This document shows, piece after piece, positions 1-10,956 of a DNA stretch of 64,000 nucleotides (the first letter of the stretch is position 1; the number at the start of each line of letters is the position of its first letter). Origin of the DNA: an uncultured Actinomycetota bacterium. GTDB lineage: Bacteria; Actinomycetota; Actinomycetes; Mycobacteriales; Pseudonocardiaceae. A model generated the notes under the pieces. That model searched no databases. It saw only the letters and a list, made by a program, of their open reading frames with translations, and was not told the DNA's origin. The translations under genes and the position numbers were made by a program. The stretch is taken from contig CAVUAS010000005.1 of the NCBI GenBank assembly GCA_963739465.1, positions 218,261-282,260 of the forward strand, read 5' to 3'.

Positions 1-1787
1 GGTCTCGGCGGCCACGGCGTCGACCGGGCCCTGTTCGCGGACGGCCCAGGCGTGGCCGTCGCGGCCGAGCCAGAGGGTGTCGCCGTCCAGCGCGGCGGTG
101 TAGGTGCGGGTGATGCCATCGAGGGTGACGGTGAGGGTGTCGCCGTCAGGGTGCCGCGCGCCCGGAGCGGCAGCGGGGTGACATTCCGGACGTTGACGGT
201 GTACTGCAGTGTCACCCCTGCGGGACGTCCGTGGCGTCCGGGCGCCGCCGCCACCTCCACCACCGCGTCGGCGGCCCGGCCGTGGGCGCGCACCTCGACC
301 GGGTCGCGCCCGGCCACCGCCATCCGCCACGTCGTCCAGGCGGGCGCGCCGACCCGCCAGCCACCGGGCACGTCGAACGGGTCCACCACCGGGTCTCGCG
401 GCTCCAGCTCGGCCAGCGCGTGCACGGCCGCGGCCGGGAGGACGTCGGGTGGCACGTCGGCGACGGTCAGCGCGTCGATCCGGCGGCCGACGAGCCCGGT
501 GTCGAGCCTGCCCGCGCGCACGTCGGCGTCGGCGAGCAGCGCGCGCAGGAAGCCGATGTTGGTGCCCACGCCGAGCAGCACGGTGTCGCCGAGCGCGTTG
601 TCGAGCAGGCGCAGGGCTTCGGCGCGGTCCCGGCCCCAGGAGATCACCTTGGCCAGCATCGGGTCGTAGTCGCTGCCCACGACCCCACCCTCGGTGACGC
701 CCGCGTCCACCCGCGCGTCGCGGGGCCAGCGCAGCCGCAGGATCCGGCCGCCGGTCGGCAGGAAACCCGCCGCCGGGTCCTCGGCGTAGATCCGGGCCTC
801 GATCGCGTGGCCGCGCGGCGGGATGATGCGCCACGGCGCTCGCTCGCCCGCCGCGACCCGCAGCTGCGTCTCGACGAGGTCGGTCCGGTAGATCTCCTCG
901 GTGACCGGGTGCTCCACCTGCAGCCGGGTGTTCATCTCCATGAAGAACCACTGGTCGGGGGCGTTGCCGTCGACGATGAACTCCACCGTCCCCGCCCCGG
1001 CGTACCCGACCGCGCGCGCCGCCTCGACGGCCGCGGCGCCCATCGCCTCCCGCTGCGCTTCGGTGAGCAGCGGGGACGGCGCCTCCTCGATGATCTTCTG
1101 GTGGCGCCGCTGCAGCGAGCACTCGCGCTCGCCGAGGTGGATCGCGTTGCCGTGGGCGTCGGCCAGCACCTGGATCTCGATGTGCCGCGGGTTCGTGACC
1201 AGCCGTTCGACGAGCAGAGTGTCGTCGCCGAAGCTGCCGCGCGCCTCCCGGCGGGCGGACGCGATGGCGTCGGCCAGGTCCGCGGCCCGGTGCACCTCGC
1301 GCATGCCCTTGCCGCCACCACCCGCCGACGGCTTGAGCAGCACCGGGTAGCCGACCTGCTCCACGGCCAGCGTGAGCGCGGCGTCGTCGAGGCCCGCGCC
1401 GTCCGAGCCGGGGACGACGGGCACGCCCGCCTTCGCCACCGTCTGCTTCGCCCGGATCTTGTCGCCCATCGCCTCGATCGCCGACGACGGCGGCCCGACG
1501 AACACGATGCTCGCCTCCTCGCACGCGGCGGCGAACGCGGTGTTCTCGGAGAGGAAGCCGTAGCCGGGGTGGATGGCCTGCGCGCCGATGGCCCGGGCCG
1601 CGTCGATCACGGCGGGGATCGCGAGATAGCTCGCGATGCGGACGGCGAGGTCGGCCGTATGAACGTGCGGGGCGGCGGCGTCGGCGTCGGTGTACACGGC
1701 GACCGCGCGGATCCCCATGCTCCGCAACGTGCGGATCACGCGGCAGGCGATCTCGCCGCGGTTGGCGACGAGCACGGTGTCAAACAC
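1..1787 (-). CDS. Biotin carboxylase / acyl-CoA carboxylase alpha subunit (methylcrotonyl-CoA carboxylase-like); 3' end runs off the window
   Basis: Manual translation from GTG at 1787: [22 protein letters not shown], then [39 protein letters not shown] upstream. Absent from the ORF track because no stop lies in the window. Confidence 0.93.
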   Translation of the reverse strand, partial: MFDTVLVANRGEIACRVIRTLRSMGIRAVAVYTDADAAAPHVHTADLAVRIASYLAIPAVIDAARAIGAQAIHPGYGFLSENTAFAAACEEASIVFVGPPSSAIEAMGDKIRAKQTVAKAGVPVVPGSDGAGLDDAALTLAVEQVGYPVLLKPSAGGGGKGMREVHRAADLADAIASARREARGSFGDDTLLVERLVTNPRHIEIQVLADAHGNAIHLGERECSLQRRHQKIIEEAPSPLLTEAQREAMGAAAVEAARAVGYAGAGTVEFIVDGNAPDQWFFMEMNTRLQVEHPVTEEIYRTDLVETQLRVAAGERAPWRIIPPRGHAIEARIYAEDPAAGFLPTGGRILRLRWPRDARVDAGVTEGGVVGSDYDPMLAKVISWGRDRAEALRLLDNALGDTVLLGVGTNIGFLRALLADADVRAGRLDTGLVGRRIDALTVADVPPDVLPAAAVHALAELEPRDPVVDPFDVPGGWRVGAPAWTTWRMAVAGRDPVEVRAHGRAADAVVEVAAAPGRHGRPAGVTLQYTVNVRNVTPLPLRARGTLTATPSPSPSMASPAPTPPRWTATPSGSAATATPGPSANRARSTPWPPR

Positions 1788-1832
1788 GGCGTCCTCCGGG
1801 GCGGTCGGGCGCACTGCGCACCCCTTCGCTGC

Positions 1833-1862
1833 ACCTCGCACCCCACCGGTGGGGTGCGAGGT
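1833..1862. repeat. Perfect 30-bp palindrome between the carboxylase subunit genes
   Basis: ACCTCGCACCCCACCGGTGGGGTGCGAGGT equals its own reverse complement; an extra GGGGTGCGAGGTCG copy follows. Confidence 0.8.
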
Positions 1863-1904
1863 CGACGTTGGGGGTGCGAGGTCGCGGTGGGGCAGGCATC
1901 GGGC

Positions 1905-3443
1905 TCACATCCGGAAGACGCCGAAGGCCGGGTCGCCCAGCGGGGCGTTCGCGGCGGCGGACAGGGCCAGGCCGAGCACGGTGCGCGTGTCCTTCGGGTC
2001 GATCACGCCGTCGTCCCAGAGGCGGGCGGTGGAGTAGTACGGGTGGCCCTGGCGCTCGTACTGGGCGCGGATCGCGTCCGGATCCGCCCCCGACCCGACC
2101 GTCCCGAGCACGATGGCGGCCTGCTCGCCGCCCATCACGGAGATCCGGGCGTTGGGCCACATGAACAGGAACCGCGGCGAATACGCCCGTCCGCACATCG
2201 AGTAGTTGCCCGCGCCGAACGACCCGCCGATGATCACCGTGAGCTTGGGGACACGGGTGGAGGCCACCGCCGTCACCATTTTGGCGCCGTTCTTCGCGAT
2301 GCCGCCCGCTTCGTACTCGCGGCCGACCATGAACCCGGAGATGTTCTGCAGGAACACCAGCGGGATGCCGCGCTGGTCGCACAGCTCGATGAAGTGCGCG
2401 CCCTTGAGCGCCGACTCGGAGAACAGGATGCCGTTGTTCGCGACGACGCCCACCGGGTGGCCGTGGATGTGTGCGAACGCCGTGACGAGCGTGGTGCCGT
2501 ATCCGGCCTTGAACTCGTGGGTGCGCGAGCCGTCGACGATCCGGGTGATCACCTCGCGGACGTCGTAGGACGTGCGGGAGTCGACGGGCACGACGTCGTA
2601 GAGCTCGTCCGGGTCGGCCAGCGGGGGTTGCGTCGGCTGGACGTCCCACGGGCGGGGCGCGCGGGGACCGAGGGTGCCGACGATGTCGCGGATGATGTGC
2701 AGAGCGTGGGCGTCGTCGTCGGCGAGGTGGTCGGTGACGCCGGAGACGCGCGAGTGCAGGTCGCCGCCGCCCAGCTCCTCGGCGGTGACGATCTCGCCGG
2801 TCGCCGCCTTCACCAGCGGCGGCCCGCCGAGGAAGATCGTGCCCTGGTTGCGGACGATCACGGCCTCGTCGCTCATCGCGGGGACGTACGCGCCGCCCGC
2901 CGTGCAGGAGCCGAGCACGGCGGCGATCTGCGGGATGCCGAGGCCGGACATCGTGGCCTGGTTGTAGAAGATGCGGCCGAAGTGCTCGCGGTCGGGGAAC
3001 ACCTCGTCCTGGGCGGGGAGGTAAGCGCCCCCGGAGTCGACGAGGTAGATGCACGGCAGCCGGTTGTGCAGGGCCACCTCCTGGGCGCGGAGGTGCTTCT
3101 TGACCGTCATCGGATAGTAGGTGCCGCCCTTGACGGTGGCGTCGTTGGCGACGATCACGCACTCCCGGCCGGAGACGCGGCCGACCCCGGTGATCATCCC
3201 GGCACCCGGCGCGTCGCCGTCGTAGAGGCCGTGGGCGGCGAGCGGGGACAGCTCGAGGAACGGCGACGAGGGATCGACGAGCCGGTCGACGCGTTCTCGG
3301 GGCAGGAGCTTGCCGCGTTCGACGTGGCGCGTGCGGGAGCGTTCCGAGCCGCCCCGCGCGGCGGCGGCGAGCTTCTCGCGCAGGTCGGCGACGAGGGCGC
3401 GGTGGACATCGCCGCCGGTCGCGGGGGGTGCGGCGGTGGCCAT
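1905..3443 (-). CDS. accD1: Acyl-CoA carboxylase carboxyltransferase (beta) subunit, methylcrotonyl-CoA carboxylase/AccD1-like
   Basis: 512 aa; [70 protein letters not shown]-terminus. Confidence 0.93.
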   Translation of the reverse strand: MATAAPPATGGDVHRALVADLREKLAAAARGGSERSRTRHVERGKLLPRERVDRLVDPSSPFLELSPLAAHGLYDGDAPGAGMITGVGRVSGRECVIVANDATVKGGTYYPMTVKKHLRAQEVALHNRLPCIYLVDSGGAYLPAQDEVFPDREHFGRIFYNQATMSGLGIPQIAAVLGSCTAGGAYVPAMSDEAVIVRNQGTIFLGGPPLVKAATGEIVTAEELGGGDLHSRVSGVTDHLADDDAHALHIIRDIVGTLGPRAPRPWDVQPTQPPLADPDELYDVVPVDSRTSYDVREVITRIVDGSRTHEFKAGYGTTLVTAFAHIHGHPVGVVANNGILFSESALKGAHFIELCDQRGIPLVFLQNISGFMVGREYEAGGIAKNGAKMVTAVASTRVPKLTVIIGGSFGAGNYSMCGRAYSPRFLFMWPNARISVMGGEQAAIVLGTVGSGADPDAIRAQYERQGHPYYSTARLWDDGVIDPKDTRTVLGLALSAAANAPLGDPAFGVFRM

Positions 3444-3445
3444 AC

Positions 3446-3473
3446 GGCGATGTTAATGGTTGTTAACATCGCC
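3446..3473. promoter_or_regulatory. AT-rich inverted repeat, probable TetR (BkaR-type) operator
   Basis: GGCGATGTTAA-TGGTTG-TTAACATCGCC directly upstream of the carboxyltransferase ATG. Confidence 0.7.
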
Positions 3474-3601
3474 CGCAACGGCTGGTTGTGTGCTTCGGAC
3501 CGACTTCGCACTTCGCAGGCGTCGGCGGGGTGCGGAGCGGGTGCACGGGTGCGAAGTCGGGCCGGCGCGTGCGGGGCGGCCTGGGCGGATAGCGTTGTGT
3601 C

Positions 3602-4276
3602 GTGCGGGTGTTGCTGGTCGAGGACGAGGTGCCGCTGGCCGAGATGGTGCGGCGCGGGCTGGTCGCCGACGGGCATTCGGTCGAGGTCGTGCACGACGGG
3701 ATCCGCGGTCTGGAGGCCGCGTGCGCAGGCGACCACGACGTCGTGGTGCTCGACATCATGCTTCCCGGCCTGTCCGGCTACCGGATCCTGGAGCGGCTGC
3801 GGGCCGCCCAGGTGTGGACGCCGGTGCTCATGCTCACGGCCAAGGACGGCGAGTACGACGAGGCCGACGCGTTCGACCTCGGCGCCGACGACTACCTGGT
3901 CAAGCCGTTCTCGTTCGTCGTGCTGCTGGCCCGGCTGCGGGCGCTGCTGCGGCGGGCGGGCGAGTCGCGGCCCGCCGTTCTCACGGTGGGCGACCTCACG
4001 CTTGATCCCGCGCGGCACCGCGTCCACCGGGCGGGCACGGAGATCACGCTCACCCCGCGCGAGTTCGGGGTGCTCGAGTACCTCATGCGGCACGCGGGCG
4101 AGGTGGTGACGAAGACCGACATCCTGCGGGCGGTGTGGGACGCGCACTACGAGGGCGAGGTGAACGTCGTGGAGGTCTACGTCGGCTACCTGCGCCGCAA
4201 GATCGACGCCCCGTTCGGCGTGCGCAGCATCGAGACCCTGCGGGGAGTGGGGTACCGGATGGTCGAGCCGGGCTGA
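3602..4276 (+). CDS. OmpR/PhoB-family response regulator
   Basis: RVLLVEDE, DVVVLDIMLPG, MLTAKD, GADDYLVKPF and a winged-helix C-terminus (IETLRGVGY). Confidence 0.95.
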   Translation: MRVLLVEDEVPLAEMVRRGLVADGHSVEVVHDGIRGLEAACAGDHDVVVLDIMLPGLSGYRILERLRAAQVWTPVLMLTAKDGEYDEADAFDLGADDYLVKPFSFVVLLARLRALLRRAGESRPAVLTVGDLTLDPARHRVHRAGTEITLTPREFGVLEYLMRHAGEVVTKTDILRAVWDAHYEGEVNVVEVYVGYLRRKIDAPFGVRSIETLRGVGYRMVEPG

Positions 4277-4382
4277 GCCGCCGTCCCCCGCCCGTCTGCC
4301 GCGTGATCAGCGGTTCGGCGCGAATCCGGCCGGATATGGCCGCTCGGCGCGCCGAACCGGTGATCTTCGCGGCGGCTGGAGG

Positions 4383-6410
4383 TCAGCGCCCGGGGGTGGT
4401 CGGGGAGGCTGCGCGGCCGTTGGTCGGGGCCGGGGTGGGCGGCGGCGGTTGGGGCGGCACCCAGTCGGCGTACGGGTCGTCGGACGCGGGCGCGGGGACG
4501 GGCGGGCGGCGCAGCACCGGCCTGCGGCGGGCGCGCCGGGGCCGGAGCGGGGGCGGGGCTGGGGCGCCGTTTCGCCCGGCCCCGTTCACCGCGCCGTCGT
4601 TGGGCTCGGGCACCGGGGCCGCGTCCGGCCGGGGCGCCGGGCCTGCCGCGGGCGATGCGGTCCCGTTCGGCGCGGGCGCAGTGGTGCTGCCGTTTGCCGC
4701 GGGCGCAGTGGTGCTGCCGTTTGCCGCGGGCGAGACCGTCGCGGCGTCGTGCGGCACCGGCGACGGTGATGCGGCCCCGTTCGGCGCGGGGGTGACTGCT
4801 GCGGCGCCGTTCTGCGCGGTGTCGGGTGTGGCCCCGTTCGCCGCGGACGTGGCCGCTGCGGCGCCGGCAGGCAGGAGCGTGGGCGACGGCGTTCCGTTCG
4901 CGGCTTGCGCGGGCGACGCGGCGCCGTTCATCGCGGGGGCAGGCAGGTCGGCGGGCTCGAAGTCGTCGTCGACCGGCAGCTCGGCCGCGGGCAGCCGGAC
5001 GCGGAACATCGCACCACCGCCCGGCGCGTCCTCGACCCGCACCAGCCCGCCGTGCGCCGCCACCACCTCGGCGACGATCGCCAGCCCCAGGCCGGAGCCG
5101 CCGTCGGCGCGGGCGCGGGCGTCGTCGAGTCGCACGAAGCGTTCGAAGATGCGGACCCGGTCGTCGGCGGGCACGCCAGGCCCGTCGTCGACGACGTCGA
5201 GGACCGCGTGATCGCCCTCCCGCCCGAGCGTGACCACCACCCGCGAGCGGGCGTGCCGGTGGGCGTTGTCGACCAGGTTGCGCAGCACCCGCATGAGCTG
5301 GCCCCGGTCGCCGACCACCCGCACGTGCGCGGCCCGCACCTCGGTGCGCACCCCGTCCTCACACGGCCGGGCGCGCTCGGCTTCGACGATCTCGTCGAGG
5401 TCCACCTCGTCGCGCCGTGGCTGCAGGCCGCGCTCGTCGGCGCGGGCGAGCAGCAGGAGGTCGTCCACCAGCCGTCCAAGCCGCTGGGTCTCGCCGCGCA
5501 GCGCCACGACGGTGCCCGGATCGCTGTTCTGCAACAGCTCGAGGCCCGCGCCGATCGTGGCGAGCGGGCTGCGCAGCTCGTGGCTCGCGTCCGCGACGAA
5601 CCGCCGCTGCACCTTCTGCGCCTGCTCCAGCCGCGCGATCATCGCGTTCATGGTTTCGGCGAGGCGGCCCACCTCGTCGCGCGCGGCGGGTACCGGCACC
5701 CGCTCGTCGAGATCCTTCTCGCTCATCGACGCGACGCGCGCCCGGATCGCCTCGACCGGCCGCAGCGCTCGTCCGGCGAAGACGTAGGTGGCCGCGCCCG
5801 CGACGACGATGAGGATCGGCACCCCGATCATCAGGTAGAACATCACCGTGTCCTGCGCGGCGTCGACGGCCGCCAGCGGCGCTGCGTAGAGCACGACGAA
5901 GTGCATCTGGTCGTTCGTGGTGGTGGTGCCGCCGACCGCGACGAGCGCGGCGTGCATCGTGCCGCCGTTGACGGGCACGAACGCGGAGGACACCACGGTG
6001 GTCTGCCGCGTGTTCGGCGTGATGTCGCTCATCGGGCCGAGGGAGGCGTTGTCGGAGCCGTCCTGGAGGGCCCAACCGCTGCCGTCCTGGTCGTCGGAAT
6101 AGTCGACGAGGATCTGCGCCAACGCCGGATTGCCCTTACCCATCAGCGTGTCGAGGGCCTCGACGGCGTTTTCCTTTGCGGTATAGCTGCCGTTGACGCG
6201 CTTGCCGTAATTCCCGTGCATCCGCGACGCGATCGCCTGCGCGTTTTGTACCGCGTCGGCCTCGACGGACCGCGAAAGCGACTTGCCCACCAGCAGGATC
6301 AGCGCGACACCGGCTACCACGAGCGCCAGCGCGACCACCGCCGCGGCCGACAGCGCGGAAGCGACCCGCACCCCGGCGCGGGCCCGCAGCCACCGCGGAG
6401 CCAGTGTCAT
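4383..6410 (-). CDS. Sensor histidine kinase (HAMP-HisKA-HATPase) with Pro/Ala-rich C-terminal tail
   Basis: Two TM segments, FVADASHELRSPL H-box, LRNLVDNA, DDGPGV, GSGLGLAIV; ATG at 6410 chosen over the longer ORF-track start. Confidence 0.92.
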   Translation of the reverse strand: MTLAPRWLRARAGVRVASALSAAAVVALALVVAGVALILLVGKSLSRSVEADAVQNAQAIASRMHGNYGKRVNGSYTAKENAVEALDTLMGKGNPALAQILVDYSDDQDGSGWALQDGSDNASLGPMSDITPNTRQTTVVSSAFVPVNGGTMHAALVAVGGTTTTNDQMHFVVLYAAPLAAVDAAQDTVMFYLMIGVPILIVVAGAATYVFAGRALRPVEAIRARVASMSEKDLDERVPVPAARDEVGRLAETMNAMIARLEQAQKVQRRFVADASHELRSPLATIGAGLELLQNSDPGTVVALRGETQRLGRLVDDLLLLARADERGLQPRRDEVDLDEIVEAERARPCEDGVRTEVRAAHVRVVGDRGQLMRVLRNLVDNAHRHARSRVVVTLGREGDHAVLDVVDDGPGVPADDRVRIFERFVRLDDARARADGGSGLGLAIVAEVVAAHGGLVRVEDAPGGGAMFRVRLPAAELPVDDDFEPADLPAPAMNGAASPAQAANGTPSPTLLPAGAAAATSAANGATPDTAQNGAAAVTPAPNGAASPSPVPHDAATVSPAANGSTTAPAANGSTTAPAPNGTASPAAGPAPRPDAAPVPEPNDGAVNGAGRNGAPAPPPLRPRRARRRPVLRRPPVPAPASDDPYADWVPPQPPPPTPAPTNGRAASPTTPGR

Positions 6411-6471
6411 GCGACCAGAGTAACGAGGCAGGACTGTGGCGGGGCTGAGCGAACCGGGGCACTCTGTGCAA

Positions 6472-7041
6472 ATGGCGACGCCCACGGTGCGGCACGGCTC
6501 GGGCAGGCGTGCGCAGATTCTCACCGTCGCCGCGGAGCTCTTCGCCAAGCGCGGCTTCCACGGGGTGAGCATCGCCGACATCGGTGCGGCGGTCGGCGTG
6601 AGCGGGCCCGCGCTGTACCGGCACTTCGAGGGCAAGGAGGCGCTGCTCGCCGAGATGCTGATCGGCATCAGCGAGCACCTGCTCGCGGGCGGCAGGCAGC
6701 GCGCCGACGCGGGCGGCGACCCGCGGGAGGTGCTCGCCGCGCTCGTGGAGTTCCAGGCCGACTTCGCGCTGCACGAGCCCGAGCTGATCGTCGTGCAGGA
6801 CCGCGACCTCGCCAACCTCCCCGAAGGCGCCCGGCACACGGTGCGCCAACTGCAGCGCCGCTACGTCGAGATCTGGGTCGACACCCTGCGCAGGCTGCAC
6901 CCCGGGCTGTCGGAGGAGGCGGCGCGGGTCGCGGCACACGGCGCGTTCGGCCTCCTCAACTCCACGCCGCACACCGGGCGCGGCCCCGAAGCCGTCACAC
7001 TGCTGCGCCGGATGGCGCTCGCCGCGCTCCTGGCGCTCTGA
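6472..7041 (+). CDS. TetR-family regulator (BkaR/Rv2506-like)
   Basis: AAELFAKRGFHGVSIADIGAAVGVSGPALYRHF helix-turn-helix; AHGAFGLLNSTPH C-terminus. Confidence 0.9.
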   Translation: MATPTVRHGSGRRAQILTVAAELFAKRGFHGVSIADIGAAVGVSGPALYRHFEGKEALLAEMLIGISEHLLAGGRQRADAGGDPREVLAALVEFQADFALHEPELIVVQDRDLANLPEGARHTVRQLQRRYVEIWVDTLRRLHPGLSEEAARVAAHGAFGLLNSTPHTGRGPEAVTLLRRMALAALLAL

Positions 7042-7130
7042 GCAGCGCCGCACCCGCCCAGCCGTGAGACGATGAGGGCCGAGCCGTCGTTCCCGCCGAC
7101 GCGAACGGCCTTCCCGCCCGGAGGCCTTAC

Positions 7131-9821
7131 GTGACCGTCCCCGATTCCCTTTCCGAGCACGGCCACGACGCACTGCGCGCCGACATCCGCCGTCTGTCCA
7201 CATTGCTCGGCCGAACGATCGCCCAGCACGCGGGCCCGGACCTGTTGGAGCTGGTGGAGCAGGTGCGGAAGGAGTCCCGCGCGGCCATCGCGAGCGGCGA
7301 CGACACCGCCATCTCCGCGCTGCTCTCCGGCCTCGACGCAGGCACCGCCGCGTGGCTGGCCAGGGCGTTCTCGCAGTTCTTCCAGCTGGCCAACCTCGCC
7401 GAGCAGCGCCACCGGGCCGCCGAGCTGGGGGGCCGCGCGCCGCTGCACGAGATCATGCAGCGGCTGGCATCGGCCGATGCCGACGAGGTGAACGCCGTCC
7501 TGGCCCGCCTGGAGCTGCGGCCGGTGTTCACGGCGCATCCGACAGAGGCGTCGCGGCAGACGGTGCTGGCGATCCTGCGGCGGGTGGCCGTCGCGCTCGA
7601 TGAGGGCGCCGACGACGATCGGCTCGGCGCCTGCGTCGACCAGCTCTGGCAGACCGACGAGCTGCGCCCGGGCAGGCCCACCGTGGCCGACGAGGCCCGC
7701 GCGATGGGCTGGTACATGGAGCAGCTCGGCCGCGGCGCCGTGCCCGACCTACTGGCCGAACTGGACCGCGAGGTGCGCGCCGCCGGGTTCGCCCTCCCCG
7801 AGGACGCCCGCCCGCTCGTGCTCGGCTGCTGGGTGGGCGGCGACCGCGACGGCAACCCCAACGTCACGCCCGCCGTCACCCGCGAGGTGCTGGAGCTCTA
7901 CACCGATCGGGCATTGCGGATCCACGAGAGCCTGCTGGAGCAGCTGCTGTCGGAGCTGTCGATCTCGACGCGGGTGGTGGGCGTCTCGGAGGAGCTGCGG
8001 GCGTCGCTTCAGCACGACCGGCGGCTGCTGCCCGAGGTCTACGACCGGCGCAACCGGCTCAACGCGCACGAGCCCTACCGGCTCAAGCTCTCCTACATCC
8101 AGGCGCGGTTGGCGGGCACCCGCACGCGCATCGCCACCGGCGCGCCGCACCGCCCCGGCCACGACTACCTCGGCCCGCACGGCTACGTGCACGACCTCGC
8201 CGTCATGGACCGCTCGCTGCGCGGCCACCTCGGCGGCCGCATCGCCGACGGCACGCTCGCCCGCGCGCTGCGCAACGCCCGCGCGTTGGGCCTGCACCTC
8301 GCGGAGCTGGACATCCGGGAGCACTCGGCGCGTCATCACGCCGCGTTGGCCGCTGTCTACACCGGGCTCGGCCAGCCCTACGCCGAGCTCACCCGGGCCG
8401 AGCGCACGGCGTTGCTGGCGGAGGAGCTGGCGGGTGGGCGGCCGTTGATCCGGCGCCACTACGGCCTGCCCGAGGGCGCCCGTGACGTCCTCGCCACGTT
8501 CGACCTCCTCCACGACGTACAGCACGAGTTCGGCCGCGAGGTGGCGCAGACCTACATCGTGTCGATGTGCCAGGGCGTGGACGACATGCTCGCCGTCGCC
8601 GTGCTCGCCCGCGAGGCGTTCATGGTGGAGCTGCAGCACGACCCGAGGTCGTCGGTCGACCTGGTGCCGCTGTTCGAGACCGTCGAGGAGCTGTCGCAGG
8701 CGGGGGTGCTGCTGGACGAGCTGCTGTCCGTCCCGGCGTACCGGCAGCAGGTGCGCAACCGCGGCGACCTGCAGGAGGTCATGCTCGGCTACTCCGACTC
8801 CAACAAGGGCGCCGGGATCACGACGTCGCAGTGGGAGATCCACCGGGCGCAGCGGCAGCTGCGCGACATCGGCGCGAAGCACGGCGTGCGACTGCGGCTG
8901 TTCCACGGCCGCGGCGGGTCGGTCGGGCGGGGCGGCGGGCCCGCGGCGGCGGCGGTGCTGTCGGCGCCGTTCGGCACGGTCGACGCGACGATGAAGCTCA
9001 CCGAGCAGGGCGAGGTCGTCTCCGACAAGTACTCGCTGCCCGCGCTCGCCCACGACAACCTGGAGATCCTCCTCGCGGCCGTGCTGGAGGCGACGCTGGA
9101 GCACCAGTCGTCACGCATCGACGGCGCCACGCTGGAGCGCTGGGACGCGGCGATGGGCGTCGTCAGCGAGGCGGCGCGCTCCGCGTACCAGGAGCTGGTC
9201 GGGCATCCGGGGCTGCCGCGGTTCTTCTCCTCGGCCACGCCGGTCGACGAGCTGGGCGAGCTGAACGTGGGCTCGCGGCCGTCGCGGCGGCCGGGGCGGG
9301 AGGCGCCGACGTTGGACGACCTCCGCGCGATCCCCTGGGTGTTCGGCTGGACGCAGACGCGGATGGTCGTGCCGGGCTGGTTCGGGCTGGGCAGTGGGCT
9401 GCGCGCGGCGCGGGAGGCGGGGCTGTCGGCGCAGCTCGATGAGATGCGGGAGTGGGCGTTCCTCACGAACCTGCTCGGGAACGTCGAGATGACGCTGGCC
9501 AAGACCGACCTGCGGATCGCCGGGCACTACGTCTCGGAGCTGGTGGACCCGCAGCTGCACCCGCTGTTCGACATGATCGTGGCCGAGCACGCGTTGACGA
9601 CGACGGAGGTGCTGCGGCTCACCGGGTCGGAGCGGCTGCTCGATCACCATCCCGTGCTGCGCACCACCCTCGCGGTGCGCGGCGCGTACCTGGAGCCGCT
9701 GCACCACCTGCAGGTGGAGCTGCTCGCCCAGCGGCGCAAGGGGGTGGGCGACCCGGACCTGCACCGCGCGCTCCTGCTGACGATCAACGGCATCGCGGCG
9801 GGGCTGCGCAACACCGGCTGA
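7131..9821 (+). CDS. ppc: Phosphoenolpyruvate carboxylase
   Basis: VFTAHPTE, VGGDRDGNP, QEVMLGYSDSNK, FHGRGGSVGRGG, LRAIPWVFGWTQ, LRNTG terminus. Confidence 0.97.
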   Translation: MTVPDSLSEHGHDALRADIRRLSTLLGRTIAQHAGPDLLELVEQVRKESRAAIASGDDTAISALLSGLDAGTAAWLARAFSQFFQLANLAEQRHRAAELGGRAPLHEIMQRLASADADEVNAVLARLELRPVFTAHPTEASRQTVLAILRRVAVALDEGADDDRLGACVDQLWQTDELRPGRPTVADEARAMGWYMEQLGRGAVPDLLAELDREVRAAGFALPEDARPLVLGCWVGGDRDGNPNVTPAVTREVLELYTDRALRIHESLLEQLLSELSISTRVVGVSEELRASLQHDRRLLPEVYDRRNRLNAHEPYRLKLSYIQARLAGTRTRIATGAPHRPGHDYLGPHGYVHDLAVMDRSLRGHLGGRIADGTLARALRNARALGLHLAELDIREHSARHHAALAAVYTGLGQPYAELTRAERTALLAEELAGGRPLIRRHYGLPEGARDVLATFDLLHDVQHEFGREVAQTYIVSMCQGVDDMLAVAVLAREAFMVELQHDPRSSVDLVPLFETVEELSQAGVLLDELLSVPAYRQQVRNRGDLQEVMLGYSDSNKGAGITTSQWEIHRAQRQLRDIGAKHGVRLRLFHGRGGSVGRGGGPAAAAVLSAPFGTVDATMKLTEQGEVVSDKYSLPALAHDNLEILLAAVLEATLEHQSSRIDGATLERWDAAMGVVSEAARSAYQELVGHPGLPRFFSSATPVDELGELNVGSRPSRRPGREAPTLDDLRAIPWVFGWTQTRMVVPGWFGLGSGLRAAREAGLSAQLDEMREWAFLTNLLGNVEMTLAKTDLRIAGHYVSELVDPQLHPLFDMIVAEHALTTTEVLRLTGSERLLDHHPVLRTTLAVRGAYLEPLHHLQVELLAQRRKGVGDPDLHRALLLTINGIAAGLRNTG

Positions 9822-9839
9822 CCGGCCGGGAGCGGCGGG

Positions 9840-9930
9840 CAAGTCGCCTGCATGGTGAGTCCCCCGTTTCGGCACGGTGAGTCGCGCGATTGAGCACGGC
9901 GAGTCGCCCGTTTCGGCACGGTGAGTCCGC
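9840..9930. repeat. 22-bp-period tandem array (4 units, GAGTC core), dispersed family
   Basis: GAGTC at 9857, 9879, 9901 and 9923. Confidence 0.8.
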
Positions 9931-10185
9931 GGTTTCGGCCCGCCGCGTCGGCATTCCGGTTCGCCCGTGGCGGGGTGATCGCCGGTTTGGTGCGCGGAGC
10001 GGCCATTTCCGGCCGTCTTTTGCGCCCAACCGACGATCACGGAGTGCGGGGTTCGGGTGCCGGTGTGCACCCAGGCTGCGGGCATCGGGCGCGGTGGGCG
10101 GGCGTGTCGTGGGCGGCGAGCGGGGGGCGCGGGCCGTAGCGGTGCGGCCCAGGTGGTGCGGCGCGGCGGGCTACAGGTCGGCGGC

Positions 10186-10896
10186 CTACAGGTCGCCGCG
10201 GCGGGCTACAGGTTGGCGTAAGCCTCGCAGGATCTGGGACTCGGCGTCGGTGAGGTAGCTGCGGACCTCGTCGGCCGCGGCGGCGCGGTCGCCCGCCTCC
10301 AGGAGCACGCAGATGGCATCGTTGCGGTCCAGATAGGGCTCGTGGAACGCGCGCACCTCGCGCATCCGGTGAAACACCAGCCGCATCTCGGCCAGCAGCA
10401 GCTTCATCTGCTGGTCCAGCCGCGGGCTGCCGCCGATCCCGACGAGCGCGCGGTGGAAGTGCTGGTTGGCGCTGGCCACGCGGTCCCAGTCGGCCGTGCG
10501 GGCCGCGGCCCGGCCCTCGTTGACCGCCGCCCGCACGCGCGCAACGGCCTCCGTACCCCAGGCCTCGCCGTCGCGGACCGCGGCCGTCTCGACGAGCCGA
10601 CGCACGCGGTAGACGTCGCGCACGGCGGCGGCGTCGGGCTGCGCGACGAACACACCCCGGTTCGGCTCCCGCACCAGCACCCGCTCGGTGACCAGCTGCG
10701 ACAGCGCCTCCCGCACGGTGTTGCGCGAGACGCCCAGCGCATCGCAGAGCGCCCGCTCCGGCAGCCTGCCGCCCGGCCGAAGGCGGCCCTCGACAACCTC
10801 TTCGCGGACGGCGTCGGCCACCCGTTCGGCGGTGCTGGTACGCAGGACGCTCGCCCGGGCGCGCGCCAACGACGAGAGTGGGTCGACGAGCGTCAT
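10186..10896 (-). CDS. GntR/FCD-family regulator; last residues possibly frameshifted
   Basis: [22 protein letters not shown] and [14 protein letters not shown] motif; the alternative frame gives ...EAYANL-stop. Confidence 0.9.
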   Translation of the reverse strand: MTLVDPLSSLARARASVLRTSTAERVADAVREEVVEGRLRPGGRLPERALCDALGVSRNTVREALSQLVTERVLVREPNRGVFVAQPDAAAVRDVYRVRRLVETAAVRDGEAWGTEAVARVRAAVNEGRAAARTADWDRVASANQHFHRALVGIGGSPRLDQQMKLLLAEMRLVFHRMREVRAFHEPYLDRNDAICVLLEAGDRAAAADEVRSYLTDAESQILRGLRQPVARRGDL

Positions 10897-10956
10897 GCCG
10901 GAAGCGTATCCGATCGCCCTCTTGAAGGATTGTTGAGCAATCCCTACGATGCGGAT

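Noticed and set aside
231-4109. 1292-aa plus-strand ORF and similar long antisense ORFs (e.g. 4905-7067, 26034-28193, 47320-48636)
   Set aside because: Shadow ORFs typical of high-GC DNA, lying opposite or overlapping genes with clear family motifs.
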